Of a DNA stretch of 64,000 nt, positions 48,597 to 58,060 are shown one piece after another. The stretch is from Thermoanaerobaculia bacterium (GTDB lineage Bacteria > Acidobacteriota > Thermoanaerobaculia > Multivoradales > UBA5704), in contig DASYJD010000013.1 of assembly GCA_035996875.1 (NCBI GenBank), forward strand, positions 114-64,113, in the 5' to 3' direction. Position 1 is the stretch's first letter, and every line of letters starts with the position of its first letter. The position numbers were made by a program, and so were the translations under genes. The notes beneath the pieces were generated by a model that was not told the origin of the DNA, searched no databases, and worked only from the letters and a program-made list of their open reading frames with translations.

Positions 48597-49670
48597 ATGC
48601 AGGTTCGACGTATCCGCGCGCTGGTGCTGGCGGCGGGCCTGGGGACGCGCCTGCGCCCATTGACGGAGCAGCTCCCGAAGCCTTTGCTGCCGGTGCGCGG
48701 CGTTCCCATCCTAGGCCATACCTTGACGCAGCTCGCCGCCTTCGGTTGCGAGGCGGCGGCGGTCAATCTCCATTATCTGGGAGAGCCGATCCGCGAGCGC
48801 TTCGGCGATTCGCACGCCGGCATGGCCCTCACCTGGTCGGAGGAGCCGGAGATCCTCGGTACGCTCGGGGCTCTCCACCCGCTGAAAGAGTTTTTCGCGC
48901 CGGCCGACCTCGTGCTGCTGATCAACGGCGACAGCCTCTGCCGGTGGCCACTGCGCAAGCTGGTCCGCCGGCACCTGGCGGCGGCAGCGCGGGCGACTCT
49001 CCTCCTCGCCTCGCGGCCCGACCCCGCCGAATTCGGCGGCGGCGTGGGAGTGGACCCTGCGGGGCATATTCAGTCTTTCCGGCCGGGAGATCCTGAGCGC
49101 GGGCCGGTGGTTCACCGGTACGTTTTTGCCGGCGCCCACGTGATCTCTCCGGAGCTCCTGGCCCGCATCGAACCTGGCAAGGCCGACATCGTGCGCGGCC
49201 TCTATGGCCCCATGTTGGCCTCGGGAGAGCCGATCGCCTCGGAGTCGTTCGCCGGCCGTTGGCACGACCTGGGAACGCCGCAGCGCTTCCTCGACGCCAC
49301 GCTCGATTGGGCGCGGGCCGAGGGGCCGGAGCGGCTCTGGCGCCGTTCGTGGATCTCGCCCGAGGCGGGGGTGGGACCGGGCGCGCGGGTGAGAAGCGTC
49401 TCCATCGAGGCCGGTGCGCGAGTCGGCGACGGGGCGCGGGTCGAGCGGTCGATCCTGATGCCGGGATCGAGGATCGGCAAGGGGAGCGTCGTGCGCGAGT
49501 CCATCCTCGGTTTCGGCGCCGCGGTGCCGCCTGGAACCTGGGTGGAGCGGCGGATCATCATGCCCCAGCTTGCTGGACTTGTCCCCGGGCTCGACGACTC
49601 CGTGGTAGGCGGCGCGGTCTACACGCCCTTTGGCAGCGACCGCCGCGAGGCCTCGAACGCGAAAGGTTGA
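48597..49670 (+). CDS. sugar-phosphate nucleotidyltransferase with C-terminal left-handed beta-helix domain
   Basis: ALVLAAGLGTRLRPLTEQLPKPLLPV N-terminal NTP-transferase signature, with a C-terminal hexapeptide-repeat-like region. Confidence 0.7.
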   Translation: MQVRRIRALVLAAGLGTRLRPLTEQLPKPLLPVRGVPILGHTLTQLAAFGCEAAAVNLHYLGEPIRERFGDSHAGMALTWSEEPEILGTLGALHPLKEFFAPADLVLLINGDSLCRWPLRKLVRRHLAAAARATLLLASRPDPAEFGGGVGVDPAGHIQSFRPGDPERGPVVHRYVFAGAHVISPELLARIEPGKADIVRGLYGPMLASGEPIASESFAGRWHDLGTPQRFLDATLDWARAEGPERLWRRSWISPEAGVGPGARVRSVSIEAGARVGDGARVERSILMPGSRIGKGSVVRESILGFGAAVPPGTWVERRIIMPQLAGLVPGLDDSVVGGAVYTPFGSDRREASNAKG

Positions 49671-49706
49671 ACGCGCGGCTCCCCTCTGTCATCATCGGTG
49701 GGCGGG

Positions 49707-50420
49707 ATGTTCCGTCCCCTGTCTACTCTCTCCACCATGCCTGCCGACCTCGCACAGTTCCGACTTCTCGTCTTCGATTGGGACGGGACGCTGATGGATT
49801 CCATCGGCACCATCGTCGCCTGCACCCAGAGCGCCATCCGCGAGCTGGAGCTGGGGGAGCTGCCCGAGGAGACGATCCGCAACACCATCGGCCTGGGCCT
49901 GCGGGAGACGATCGAGATCCTCAGCCCGGGCTGCGGCGAGGAGCTCTTCGGCCGCATCCTGGAGTGCTACCGCAAGCATTGGATCTCCACCTATCGCGAT
50001 GCGCCTTTTCTTTTCGCGGGCGTGCCGGAGATGCTGCGCGAGCTGGCGGACTCCGGATATCTCCTGGCCGTGGCCACCGGCAAGAGCCGGCGCGGGCTCG
50101 ACTACGCCCTGGAGCAGACGGGCCTTCGGGATCTTTTCCAGGTCACGCGCACGGCCGACGAGGCCTTCTCGAAGCCTCACCCGCAGATGCTCCTGGAGAT
50201 TCTGGACGAGCTGGGCGTGAAGCCCGCGGATGCGGTGATGATCGGCGACACCACCTATGACCTGGAGATGGCCCGGAGCGCCAGGACGCACGCGGTGGGC
50301 GTCTGCTCCGGCGGGCACGACCGGGAGGAGCTGCTGCGCTTCGAGCCCATCGCCTGCCTCGACCAGGTGGTGGACCTGGTGCCCTGGCTGGCGGAGCGGG
50401 GCATCGCGGTGCCGGCGTAG
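49707..50420 (+). CDS. HAD-superfamily hydrolase (phosphoglycolate phosphatase-like)
   Basis: LLVFDWDGTLMDS (motif I), ATGKS (motif II), IGDTTYD (motif IV). ATG at 49707 follows GGTGGGCGGG; the alternative ATG at 49737 is also possible. Confidence 0.75.
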   Translation: MFRPLSTLSTMPADLAQFRLLVFDWDGTLMDSIGTIVACTQSAIRELELGELPEETIRNTIGLGLRETIEILSPGCGEELFGRILECYRKHWISTYRDAPFLFAGVPEMLRELADSGYLLAVATGKSRRGLDYALEQTGLRDLFQVTRTADEAFSKPHPQMLLEILDELGVKPADAVMIGDTTYDLEMARSARTHAVGVCSGGHDREELLRFEPIACLDQVVDLVPWLAERGIAVPA

Positions 50421-50459
50421 CTCGTCCTGCGACGGTCCACGCCGGCTGTTATCTGCTGC

Positions 50460-51317
50460 CTATCCCTTCTTCCAATCCGCGATCATCCCCTCCAGATCCT
50501 TGATCTGCTGAGGATTCGGTGGCTGCTTCGCAGTTTTCGCCGCCGCCAGCGCCTTCTCGCCATAGGAGACGGCACCCTTGGCATCCTTCTTCTTGGCGAG
50601 GAGGAGGGCCTTGGCCCGCAGGTTGGAGAAGGTCTCCTGCTGAGCGATCGAGGCGTCGACCCAGCGCGTGGCGTCGTCCAGGCAGGTGTTGTTCTGGATG
50701 CACCAGCCGGCCGCCTGGAGTTGCGATTTGGCGTCCGCGTTCGCTTTGCCCACCAGCAGCTTCGTCGTATCCACCTCGACGGTGAAGGGAACCTTGAGCT
50801 TCTCCCAGTGGAGCACGACCTTGGCTGAGTTGTCCGTCACGTCGTCGAACTCGTAGGCCATGCGCTCCAGCATCTCGGCCGGGTGGGGCTTCGCCTGCAC
50901 GCGCAGCGCATCGTCCGCCTGCTTATAGCTGTAGGCGCCCCATTCGTTGGCGTCCTTGCTGAAGATGATGGTCCAGTCGCCCGCGGTGGGAATGGTCTGG
51001 AAGCCGTAGGTGCCGGCGGCCAGCTCATGACCCTCGACCTTCACCGGCGTGCTGAAGGTGATGGTGGTGTTCTCGTTGGCGCCCGAGCGCCAGACCTCGC
51101 CATAGGGCACGAGGTCGCCCCAGATCTTCCGTCCCTTCACGCCGGGCCGGCTGTAGGTGATGGAGATCTTGGTCACTCCCACCATCTGGGCGGCCCAGGC
51201 GTTGGGGCTGGGACGGGGCAGATCGAGCTGCTGCTGCGCGAAGGCGGCGCCTGCCGCGAGGTGGAGCGCCACGGCGCCGGCGAGGCCGGCCATGACGCGG
51301 ATTCCTGACATTCTCAT
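50460..51317 (-). CDS. secreted DUF2911-like hypothetical protein
   Basis: Signal peptide (MAGLAGAVALHLAAGAAFAQ) and a GANENTTITFS beta-rich domain. Family assignment is from memory and tentative. Confidence 0.5.
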   Translation of the reverse strand: MRMSGIRVMAGLAGAVALHLAAGAAFAQQQLDLPRPSPNAWAAQMVGVTKISITYSRPGVKGRKIWGDLVPYGEVWRSGANENTTITFSTPVKVEGHELAAGTYGFQTIPTAGDWTIIFSKDANEWGAYSYKQADDALRVQAKPHPAEMLERMAYEFDDVTDNSAKVVLHWEKLKVPFTVEVDTTKLLVGKANADAKSQLQAAGWCIQNNTCLDDATRWVDASIAQQETFSNLRAKALLLAKKKDAKGAVSYGEKALAAAKTAKQPPNPQQIKDLEGMIADWKKG

Positions 51318-51394
51318 CTCGGATTCTCCTTTTTAGCTTGCAACTGAGGCCTTCTCGGCCGGAATTTACCAGAGGGAGGCCCCGCCGGGGGTAA

Positions 51395-52510
51395 TCAATC
51401 TGTAAAAGCAGTTTTCATCGACTCTGCCCGCCGCCGGGACTCCGCAGCCTCCCGCTTCACCGCCTCCTCGTTCCACTCGGCGGGCGACTGTACCCATCCC
51501 TGGAGGTTGCGGTGGACCAGGTCGGCGATGACGCGAATGTGGTCCGGCCGGTCGTTCAGGGCGGGGATGTAGCGGTAGCGCTCGCCTCCGGCGTGGACGA
51601 AGACCTCCCGGTTCTCCTGGTCGATCTCCTCGATGGTTTCCAGGCAATCGGCCGAGAAGCCGGGGCAGGCGACGTCGAGCTTCCGGAGGCCGGATTTCGC
51701 CAACGCGATAATCGTCTCGTTCGTGTAGGGTCTCAGCCACTCCTCCTTGCCGAAAAGCGACTGAAAGGATACCTGCCACTGCTCGGGGGGAAGCTGCAGC
51801 TCCTCGGCGGCCAGCCGGGCGAGCTTGTGGCACTCGCAGAAGTAGGGGTCGCCCGCCAGGAAATAGCGCTTGGGAATACCGTGGAAAGAGAAGAGGAGCT
51901 TCTCCGGCGGTCCTTCGCGGTCCCAAAGCTCGCGGATGCTCGCCGCCAGCGCCCGGATGTAGGCGGGATCGTCGTGGTAATGATGGATGGTGCGGATCTC
52001 CGGCACCCACCGCCAGGTCGTCAGCTCGGCGGCCACGGCATCGATCGTCGAGCCGGTCGTCACCGCCGCGTACTGGGGATAGAGCGGCAGCACCAGAAGG
52101 CGGCGGCAGCCCTTGGCGGCGAGCTCGCGCAACGCCGCTCGCACCGAAGGGTTGCCGTAGCGCATGCCGACCGCCACGTGGACCGGCGTGCCGATCTCCC
52201 GCCGCAGCATCTCCTGAAGCGCCGCCGCCTGTCGGTTGGTGATGACGAGGAGTGGCGAGCCCTCCGCCGTCCAGACCTTTTTATAGAGCGCCGCCGACTT
52301 GGGCGGCCGGGTGGTGAGAATGAACAAATGGAGGATCAGCCACCAGAGCACCCGCGGCAGCTCGATGACCCGCGGATCGAGAAGGAACTCGCGAAGATAG
52401 CGCCGCAGCGCCGGCGAATCCGGCGCGTCGGGCGTCCCCAGATTGGCCAGGAGAACGCCCACCGCAGGCACCTCCCCATGCTGGAAGTCGGGTTGACCGA
52501 AGTACTTCAT
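51395..52510 (-). CDS. hemH: ferrochelatase
   Basis: VGVLLANLGTPDAPDSPALRRYLREFLLDPRV...LPLYPQYAAVTTGS...FSFHGIP matches the HemH consensus. The upstream extension of the track ORF was rejected. Confidence 0.9.
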   Translation of the reverse strand: MKYFGQPDFQHGEVPAVGVLLANLGTPDAPDSPALRRYLREFLLDPRVIELPRVLWWLILHLFILTTRPPKSAALYKKVWTAEGSPLLVITNRQAAALQEMLRREIGTPVHVAVGMRYGNPSVRAALRELAAKGCRRLLVLPLYPQYAAVTTGSTIDAVAAELTTWRWVPEIRTIHHYHDDPAYIRALAASIRELWDREGPPEKLLFSFHGIPKRYFLAGDPYFCECHKLARLAAEELQLPPEQWQVSFQSLFGKEEWLRPYTNETIIALAKSGLRKLDVACPGFSADCLETIEEIDQENREVFVHAGGERYRYIPALNDRPDHIRVIADLVHRNLQGWVQSPAEWNEEAVKREAAESRRRAESMKTAFTD

Positions 52511-52530
52511 GGCGGGGGTGAGTCTACCCC

Positions 52531-53736
52531 CTACCGCCGACTGTCCAGCAATCCGAACACCTCCCCCACCTGTTCCCACCCGATCCGCATCAGGAAGGTG
52601 TTGTTCCTGCCGTAGGACTTGCTGCCGAGGATGAAGAAGCCGGGCTCGGGGTTGGTGAGGGTGTCGGCTCCGTGGGTGGTCTGGGTCAGGCAGTCCGAGC
52701 TGCCCGCCCCCAGGAGGGCTCCGGAGAGCTTGATGGGTCCGCAGGTGGCGTAGCACTCGTGGACCTGAAGCTGGCGGTAGAGCCCGTGGTCGCCCACCGC
52801 GCCGGTGAGAGAGAGGATGCGGTCCACCTCGATGGATTCGGGGCCCGAGTCGTTCCTTAGAACGACGTGGAACCGGCCATTCGGCTTCGAGACCTCCTCG
52901 ACCGCCGCGCCGCGCCGGACCTCGAAGGCCGGCGAGGTCCCTGCCGCCAGCGCGGCAGCCTCGGCGGCGAGGCCCGCCCGCTCCGGAAGCGGATCGCCCG
53001 GATGAGTGCCCCAGCTCGGCTTGGGATTGCGCAGCAGCCAGATCACCTCGGTGCCCGGCGCCTCCTGCGCCAACCGGGCGAGATCGCGGGCGGCGGTCTG
53101 CGCCGAGTGACCGGCACCGGCGAGGAGAATGCTCTTGCCGGCCCAGTCGGCCGCTTCCCGCTCAAAGTCGGGGATATTGCGCCGGATTTCGCCCTCGAAG
53201 CTGCGCTCGCCGGGGGCGGGGATGCCGGCGTCGCCCAGGGTGTTGGGATGTCCCCACGAGCCGGTCGCGTCGATCACCAGGTCCGCCGTCTCCGTCCATT
53301 CCCGACCGGAGTCATCCGAGAGAAGCAGGCGGAAGGGCCGTCGGCCGCGCTCGGCCGTCGCGATCTCCTCGTGTTTGAGCAGTCCCTCGCGGCCGATCCC
53401 GAGCACGCGGGTGCCAAGCCGCAGTCGGGGGGCGACCTCCGGCAGCCCTGCGAGGGGCTCCAACAGCCGCTCAGCGAGCTCGCGTCCGGTGGGGCACTCG
53501 GCGCCGTCCGGCGTCTCGATGCCCGCCGCGGCAAGATGGCTGCGCATGCGGGCGGATACGTTCATCTCCCAGGGGGTGAAAAGGCGGACGTGCCCCCAGG
53601 CGCGGACGTTGCCGGCGACACCGGGCGCCGCCTCGTAGACCGTGAACGGATATCCCGCTTCGGCGGCGGCGAGGGCGGCTTCGAGGCCGGTGGGGCCGGC
53701 TCCCAGGATGGCGATATGGGGCTTGGAGTCACTCAT
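52531..53736 (-). CDS. FAD/NAD(P)-binding oxidoreductase (flavin monooxygenase-like)
   Basis: IAILGAGPTGLEAAL dinucleotide-binding fold at the N-terminus and a second GAGHSA motif. 401 aa. Confidence 0.6.
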   Translation of the reverse strand: MSDSKPHIAILGAGPTGLEAALAAAEAGYPFTVYEAAPGVAGNVRAWGHVRLFTPWEMNVSARMRSHLAAAGIETPDGAECPTGRELAERLLEPLAGLPEVAPRLRLGTRVLGIGREGLLKHEEIATAERGRRPFRLLLSDDSGREWTETADLVIDATGSWGHPNTLGDAGIPAPGERSFEGEIRRNIPDFEREAADWAGKSILLAGAGHSAQTAARDLARLAQEAPGTEVIWLLRNPKPSWGTHPGDPLPERAGLAAEAAALAAGTSPAFEVRRGAAVEEVSKPNGRFHVVLRNDSGPESIEVDRILSLTGAVGDHGLYRQLQVHECYATCGPIKLSGALLGAGSSDCLTQTTHGADTLTNPEPGFFILGSKSYGRNNTFLMRIGWEQVGEVFGLLDSRR

Positions 53737-53759
53737 GTCGTCTCTCCTCATTCCTTGTC

Positions 53760-54722
53760 TCAAAAGCGGGAAGCCGCGCGCTCGCGGGCGGGCAGGATCT
53801 CCAGGCAGGTGGTCCACCAACCGGTGAGGACGGTCTCGACGAACTCTTCGGGTAGGCTTTCTCCGCGCATCTCGGCGGCCAACCCCTGATGATCGTAGCG
53901 CAAGGGCAAAAGCTCGACGCCCAAGCCTTCCTCGCGGGCCTCCAGCATCGCGAACCAGACGTTGGTGTTGCCGTCGTTGGCGGGCCGGCCAATCACGCCG
54001 ACGTTGATCAGGTCCCGGCCGGAGGGGAGGCGCCGGTGCCACTGCAGCCCGGTATGTGTGCAGAGGATGCCATCGCAGCGGTTCTGATCCAGTAAGACTT
54101 CCAGGAACGGCACCGGCGAGGTGCTTTGGAAGAGGAACTCGTTGATCCGCCGCGGCGAACCGTGAACCAGCAGCAGCTCCCGGTTCCCCAACCGCACCCG
54201 TCGCCGGCGGGGGAGCGTCCCCATCCAGGCTTTATACTCCGGCGAGCTGTTCCGTGCGGTGTAGCGGTAGGAGATCTCGGCGAAGTGGTTGTCCCGCGGG
54301 TCGGTGTAGCCGCAGTTGCAGTCCTCGCGGCCCGAGGCGAGGGACTCCTCGTAGTTGCCTTGAATGGCGAGCACCTCCCCGCGGACGAGGAGCGGCCACA
54401 CCTTTTCTGGATTGGGGCCAAAGGCACCTAGATCGCCGAGGCAGTAGACGGCCTCGGCACCCCGCCTCGCCGCCTCTGCCAGCACCTCCGTTAGCGCCAG
54501 GTGATTGCTGTAGACGCCGCCGAAGACGGCGATGCGGGAGTACGGCCCCTCGACCGGGGTAGGGTCGAAAACCGGCGTCCCGTAGGTCCGCAAGGCCGCC
54601 TCGCGCTCCTCGGGAGTCTGCGTCAAGCCGGCCTCCGCCGCCGCTTGGCGGAACGTGGCGAGGGGAACCAGCCTCTCTCCCCAGGTTGCCAAGCCCCGAT
54701 GGACGGTCAGCTTTTCCGGCAT
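53760..54722 (-). CDS. metallophosphoesterase (calcineurin-like phosphoesterase) family protein
   Basis: IAVFGGVYSNHLAL...CLGDLGAFGPNP...GNYEE...LLVHGSP metal-binding motif series. Confidence 0.65.
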   Translation of the reverse strand: MPEKLTVHRGLATWGERLVPLATFRQAAAEAGLTQTPEEREAALRTYGTPVFDPTPVEGPYSRIAVFGGVYSNHLALTEVLAEAARRGAEAVYCLGDLGAFGPNPEKVWPLLVRGEVLAIQGNYEESLASGREDCNCGYTDPRDNHFAEISYRYTARNSSPEYKAWMGTLPRRRRVRLGNRELLLVHGSPRRINEFLFQSTSPVPFLEVLLDQNRCDGILCTHTGLQWHRRLPSGRDLINVGVIGRPANDGNTNVWFAMLEAREEGLGVELLPLRYDHQGLAAEMRGESLPEEFVETVLTGWWTTCLEILPARERAASRF

Positions 54723-54731
54723 CTGGCTCTC

Positions 54732-55592
54732 TCAGGTCCGGCAGCTCACGCCGTAGACGTGACACGTCCAGCAAGCCGGGTGCTCCAGCGGGAAGGCGCC
54801 CAGCGTGTCGGCGAGAGTCTCGCCCATCTTCGCCGTGGGCTCGTTGACCAGGATAGGGCAGACCCAGACGCCCTGGTCGGTGACCATCCGGCACCCGCTG
54901 CACTGGAGGTGGTCCCAGCCTCCCTCGGGCGCGTCGCCCTCCTTCAGTCGCTGCCAGCTCTCGTAGGAGCCGGCGCGCTCGGCCTCGGCGCCGATCTGGA
55001 AGACGGGCAGCACCTTGAGCCGCGGCCGCTCGATTCCCATCGACCGCAGCAGCGCGAAGAACCTCTCCTTGCCTGCGTCGGTCGTGGCCTCCCGGCAGAC
55101 CTCCGTCACCGTGATCACGGGGTTCAGGCCGGCATCGTGCAGGTTGCGCACGCCGGCCAGGATGCGCTCGAAGGTTCCGGCGCCGCGGACGGGATCGTTG
55201 CTCTCGGCGTCGTAGCCGTCCATGGAGACCCGGAGATCGAGCGAGTACTCGGTGGCATCGGCGAACGTCTTGAGGCGGGCGCAACGGGCTGGGTCGAGCA
55301 GCAGGCCGTTGGTCAGCACCGTGGCAGGACCCACGGCGAGCGTCGCTTCCAGGATGGCCTCCATCTCGGGGTTGAGGAACGGCTCGCCGCCGGTGAAGTA
55401 GTACTCGCGCACGCCGAGCCGCGACGCCTCAGCCAGATACCGCTGCACCTCGGCCAGGCTCAGAAACTCGTGCGTGTGATTGGTGGGCGAGCAGGAGACG
55501 AAGCAGTGGGTGCAGGCCAGGTTGCAGACCGTGCCGCCCACCTGGAACCACAAGGTGTCGAGCGATTTCAGGGTGACTTCAGGGACGTTCAT
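54732..55592 (-). CDS. radical SAM protein with C-terminal Cys-rich (SPASM/twitch-like) region
   Basis: CNLACTHC (CxxxCxxC) near the N-terminus. Additional cysteines in CSGCRMVTDQGVWVCPILV...CWTCHVYGVSC. Confidence 0.8.
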   Translation of the reverse strand: MNVPEVTLKSLDTLWFQVGGTVCNLACTHCFVSCSPTNHTHEFLSLAEVQRYLAEASRLGVREYYFTGGEPFLNPEMEAILEATLAVGPATVLTNGLLLDPARCARLKTFADATEYSLDLRVSMDGYDAESNDPVRGAGTFERILAGVRNLHDAGLNPVITVTEVCREATTDAGKERFFALLRSMGIERPRLKVLPVFQIGAEAERAGSYESWQRLKEGDAPEGGWDHLQCSGCRMVTDQGVWVCPILVNEPTAKMGETLADTLGAFPLEHPACWTCHVYGVSCRT

Positions 55593-55648
55593 GCGTTCAA
55601 GAGGATATACGGTCCTTCCCCGTGCCGCGGTTCAGGGCGGTCCGTCCG

Positions 55649-56092
55649 ATGAATGGCTTGCGCTATGATCGGCGAACCTTGAAACGCTTTCTCGCCTTCT
55701 CCGTGCCGCTTCTCCTTCTTGCCATGGCTCTCGACCGATTTGTCCTCGAAGCGGTCGGCCGGGCTCCCGACCCTTCCGCGCTCTCTCCCTCCGGAGTGAC
55801 GCGGTTACTGCCGGGCTGGGTCCTGCTCGCCACCTGGGTGCTGGAGGCCGTGGCCCTCTCGGCCCTCTACCTCCTCATTCAAGGACGGGGCGGAACGCGT
55901 TGGCTCAACGGCCTGCTCACCGGCTGGATCGCCTGGGTCTTCCGCGGCCCTCTGCTGGTGGTGACCGTGGTGGGAATGGCCGGCCTGCCTCATGGCCCCT
56001 GGTGGGCAATGGCCTTCTCCTGGCTCGTGCTCTACACCTTCTGCGGCCTTATCCTCGGTGGCGCCGCGGCTGCGTCGGGCCTCCAGTCCTGA
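55649..56092 (+). CDS. hypothetical integral membrane protein
   Basis: Four predicted TM segments. Directly upstream of the PKS cluster. Start uncertain (GTG 55622 or ATG 55649). Confidence 0.4.
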   Translation: MNGLRYDRRTLKRFLAFSVPLLLLAMALDRFVLEAVGRAPDPSALSPSGVTRLLPGWVLLATWVLEAVALSALYLLIQGRGGTRWLNGLLTGWIAWVFRGPLLVVTVVGMAGLPHGPWWAMAFSWLVLYTFCGLILGGAAAASGLQS

Positions 56093-56142
56093 ACCTCGCT
56101 CGGGTCCCCGGGGACTCACCTCCCCGGACGCTGGCAAGCATT

Positions 56143-57246
56143 GTGCTAGATTCCTTGCGGATTGAGCTTAGAGTCTTTTTGAACTTGAGAATAGCCGCCG
56201 TCGGGAGGGCGCTCCCACCTCACTACTACGACCAGGAGACGCTTCTCGCGGCTCTTCGGCAGCGTTGGTCGGACCGCTACTTCAATCTCGACCGCCTGGA
56301 GCGCCTGCACAAGAACGTCCTGGTTGGCGGACGCCACTTGGCCCTGCCGATCGATGAGTACGACTCCCTGACCACCTGGGGGAAGGCGAACGACGCCTGG
56401 ATCCGGGTAGCTCAGGAGGTCGGGGCCCGGGCGGTGCTGGACGGCCTGGCCAAGGCCGGGCTCTCCACCGCTGACGTGGACGCCCTGATCTTCGTCACCG
56501 TCACCGGCGTCGCCACCCCCTCGATCGACGCCCGCCTGATGAACATTCTGGGGCTGCGGTCCCGGGTCAAGCGGATGCCCATCTTCGGCCTCGGCTGCGT
56601 CGCCGGCGCCGCCGGCATCGCCCGGGCGGCCGACTACGTCCGCGCCTTCCCGGATCAGGTCGCCGTGCTCCTCTCCGTCGAGCTTTGCTCCCTTACCCTG
56701 CAGCCGGAGGATCTCTCCATTCCCAACCTCATCGCCTCGGGCCTCTTCGGCGATGGCGCGGCGGCGGCGGTGGTCACCGGCGCGGACCGACCGTCGACCG
56801 AGCCATCGAGCGGGCCGCGGATCGTGGACAGCCGATCGGTCTTCTATCCAGATACCGAGCGGGTGATGGGCTGGGACATCTCCGAGACGGGGTTCAAAAT
56901 CGTCCTCTCGGCGGACGTCCCCCTGGTGGCACGGGACCGGCTGCGCCCGGACGTCGACTCGTTCCTGGCCGAGCACGGCCTCACTGTTTCCGACATCGGA
57001 TCCTGGGTCTGCCACCCCGGAGGCCCCAAGGTGCTGGAAGCCATGCAGGAGTCGCTGGACCTCCCGCCCGGAGCGCTGGACGTGACTTGGCGCAGCCTCC
57101 AGGAAGTGGGAAACCTCTCCTCGACCTCGGTGCTGATGGTGCTGGCCGAGACCCTGGAGAACCACCGCCCGCCGCCGGGCAGCTACGGTGTCCTGCTCGC
57201 CATGGGCCCGGGCTTCTGCTCCGAGCTGGTGCTGCTCCAGTGGTGA
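56143..57246 (+). CDS. type III polyketide synthase (chalcone/stilbene synthase superfamily; alkylresorcinol/alkylpyrone synthase-like)
   Basis: RIAAVGRALPPH N-terminus, active-site Cys context PIFGLGCVAGAAG, and C-terminal WVCHPGGPKVL and GPGF motifs. Start uncertain (GTG 56143, TTG 56179 or TTG 56185). Confidence 0.85.
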   Translation: MLDSLRIELRVFLNLRIAAVGRALPPHYYDQETLLAALRQRWSDRYFNLDRLERLHKNVLVGGRHLALPIDEYDSLTTWGKANDAWIRVAQEVGARAVLDGLAKAGLSTADVDALIFVTVTGVATPSIDARLMNILGLRSRVKRMPIFGLGCVAGAAGIARAADYVRAFPDQVAVLLSVELCSLTLQPEDLSIPNLIASGLFGDGAAAAVVTGADRPSTEPSSGPRIVDSRSVFYPDTERVMGWDISETGFKIVLSADVPLVARDRLRPDVDSFLAEHGLTVSDIGSWVCHPGGPKVLEAMQESLDLPPGALDVTWRSLQEVGNLSSTSVLMVLAETLENHRPPPGSYGVLLAMGPGFCSELVLLQW

Positions 57247-57818
57247 GCGACACCCGCATTCTCTACACCCTGCTGGTGGCGCTGGTCGCCGTGGGCCGCC
57301 TCTTCGAGCTGCGGATCGCGTCCCGCAACCGCCGGCACCTCCTGGCGCGGGGCGGTGTCGAGGTGGCGCCCGGGCACTACCCGTGGATGGTGGCGCTCCA
57401 CACCGCGCTCATCGTCTCGTGCCCTTTGGAGGTCTGGTTTCTTCGACGGCCGTTTGTGCCCCTCCTCGCCGGGGCGATGTTCTTCCTTCTAGTAGTCGCC
57501 GCGGCGCTGCGGTGGTGGGTGATCTCGACACTCGATGGCCGCTGGACCACCCGCATCGTCGTCCTGCCGGGCGTGCCTCCGGTCACCGGCGGCCCTTATC
57601 GTTTCCTGCGCCACCCCAACTACCTCGCCGTGATTCTGGAGATCTTCTCGCTGCCGATGATTCACACCGCCTGGCTCACGGCGTTCGTCTTCAGCCTGGC
57701 AGACGCCTTGCTTCTCCGAGTGCGGATTCGAGCTGAGGAAGCGGGGCTCTCCCAGGTCTCCGGTTACGAGGCCGCTTTCGCGGACCGGTCGCGATTGATC
57801 CCAGGGGGAGGAGGGTAA
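57243..57818 (+). CDS. isoprenylcysteine carboxyl methyltransferase (ICMT) family membrane methyltransferase
   Basis: Multi-TM protein with C-terminal GPYRFLRHPNYLAVILEIFSLP, the ICMT/PEMT SAM-binding signature. GTG start overlaps the PKS stop. Confidence 0.75.
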   Translation: MSDTRILYTLLVALVAVGRLFELRIASRNRRHLLARGGVEVAPGHYPWMVALHTALIVSCPLEVWFLRRPFVPLLAGAMFFLLVVAAALRWWVISTLDGRWTTRIVVLPGVPPVTGGPYRFLRHPNYLAVILEIFSLPMIHTAWLTAFVFSLADALLLRVRIRAEEAGLSQVSGYEAAFADRSRLIPGGGG

Positions 57819-58060
57819 TGAGCGATGAGGTGATTCTGGCCGGGATCGGCGAGGTGGCCCGAGTGCATCTCGGGTGGGAGGGGATCGTCACGCCGGAGCT
57901 GCGCCTGATCGAGGACCTGCGGCTCGATTCCATCCGTCTCCTCACCCTGGCGGCCGAGGTAGAAAACCGCTTTCGTGTCCTCCTCGACGAGGGAGACGAG
58001 GCGGGAATTGAGACTGTGGGCGACCTGGTCGCCGTCGTGCGGGGAAAGCTCGATGCCTGA
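57818..58060 (+). CDS. acyl carrier protein
   Basis: 80 aa with LRLDSIRLLTL (phosphopantetheine-attachment DSL-type motif). ATG overlaps the upstream stop (TAATG). Confidence 0.7.
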   Translation: MSDEVILAGIGEVARVHLGWEGIVTPELRLIEDLRLDSIRLLTLAAEVENRFRVLLDEGDEAGIETVGDLVAVVRGKLDA

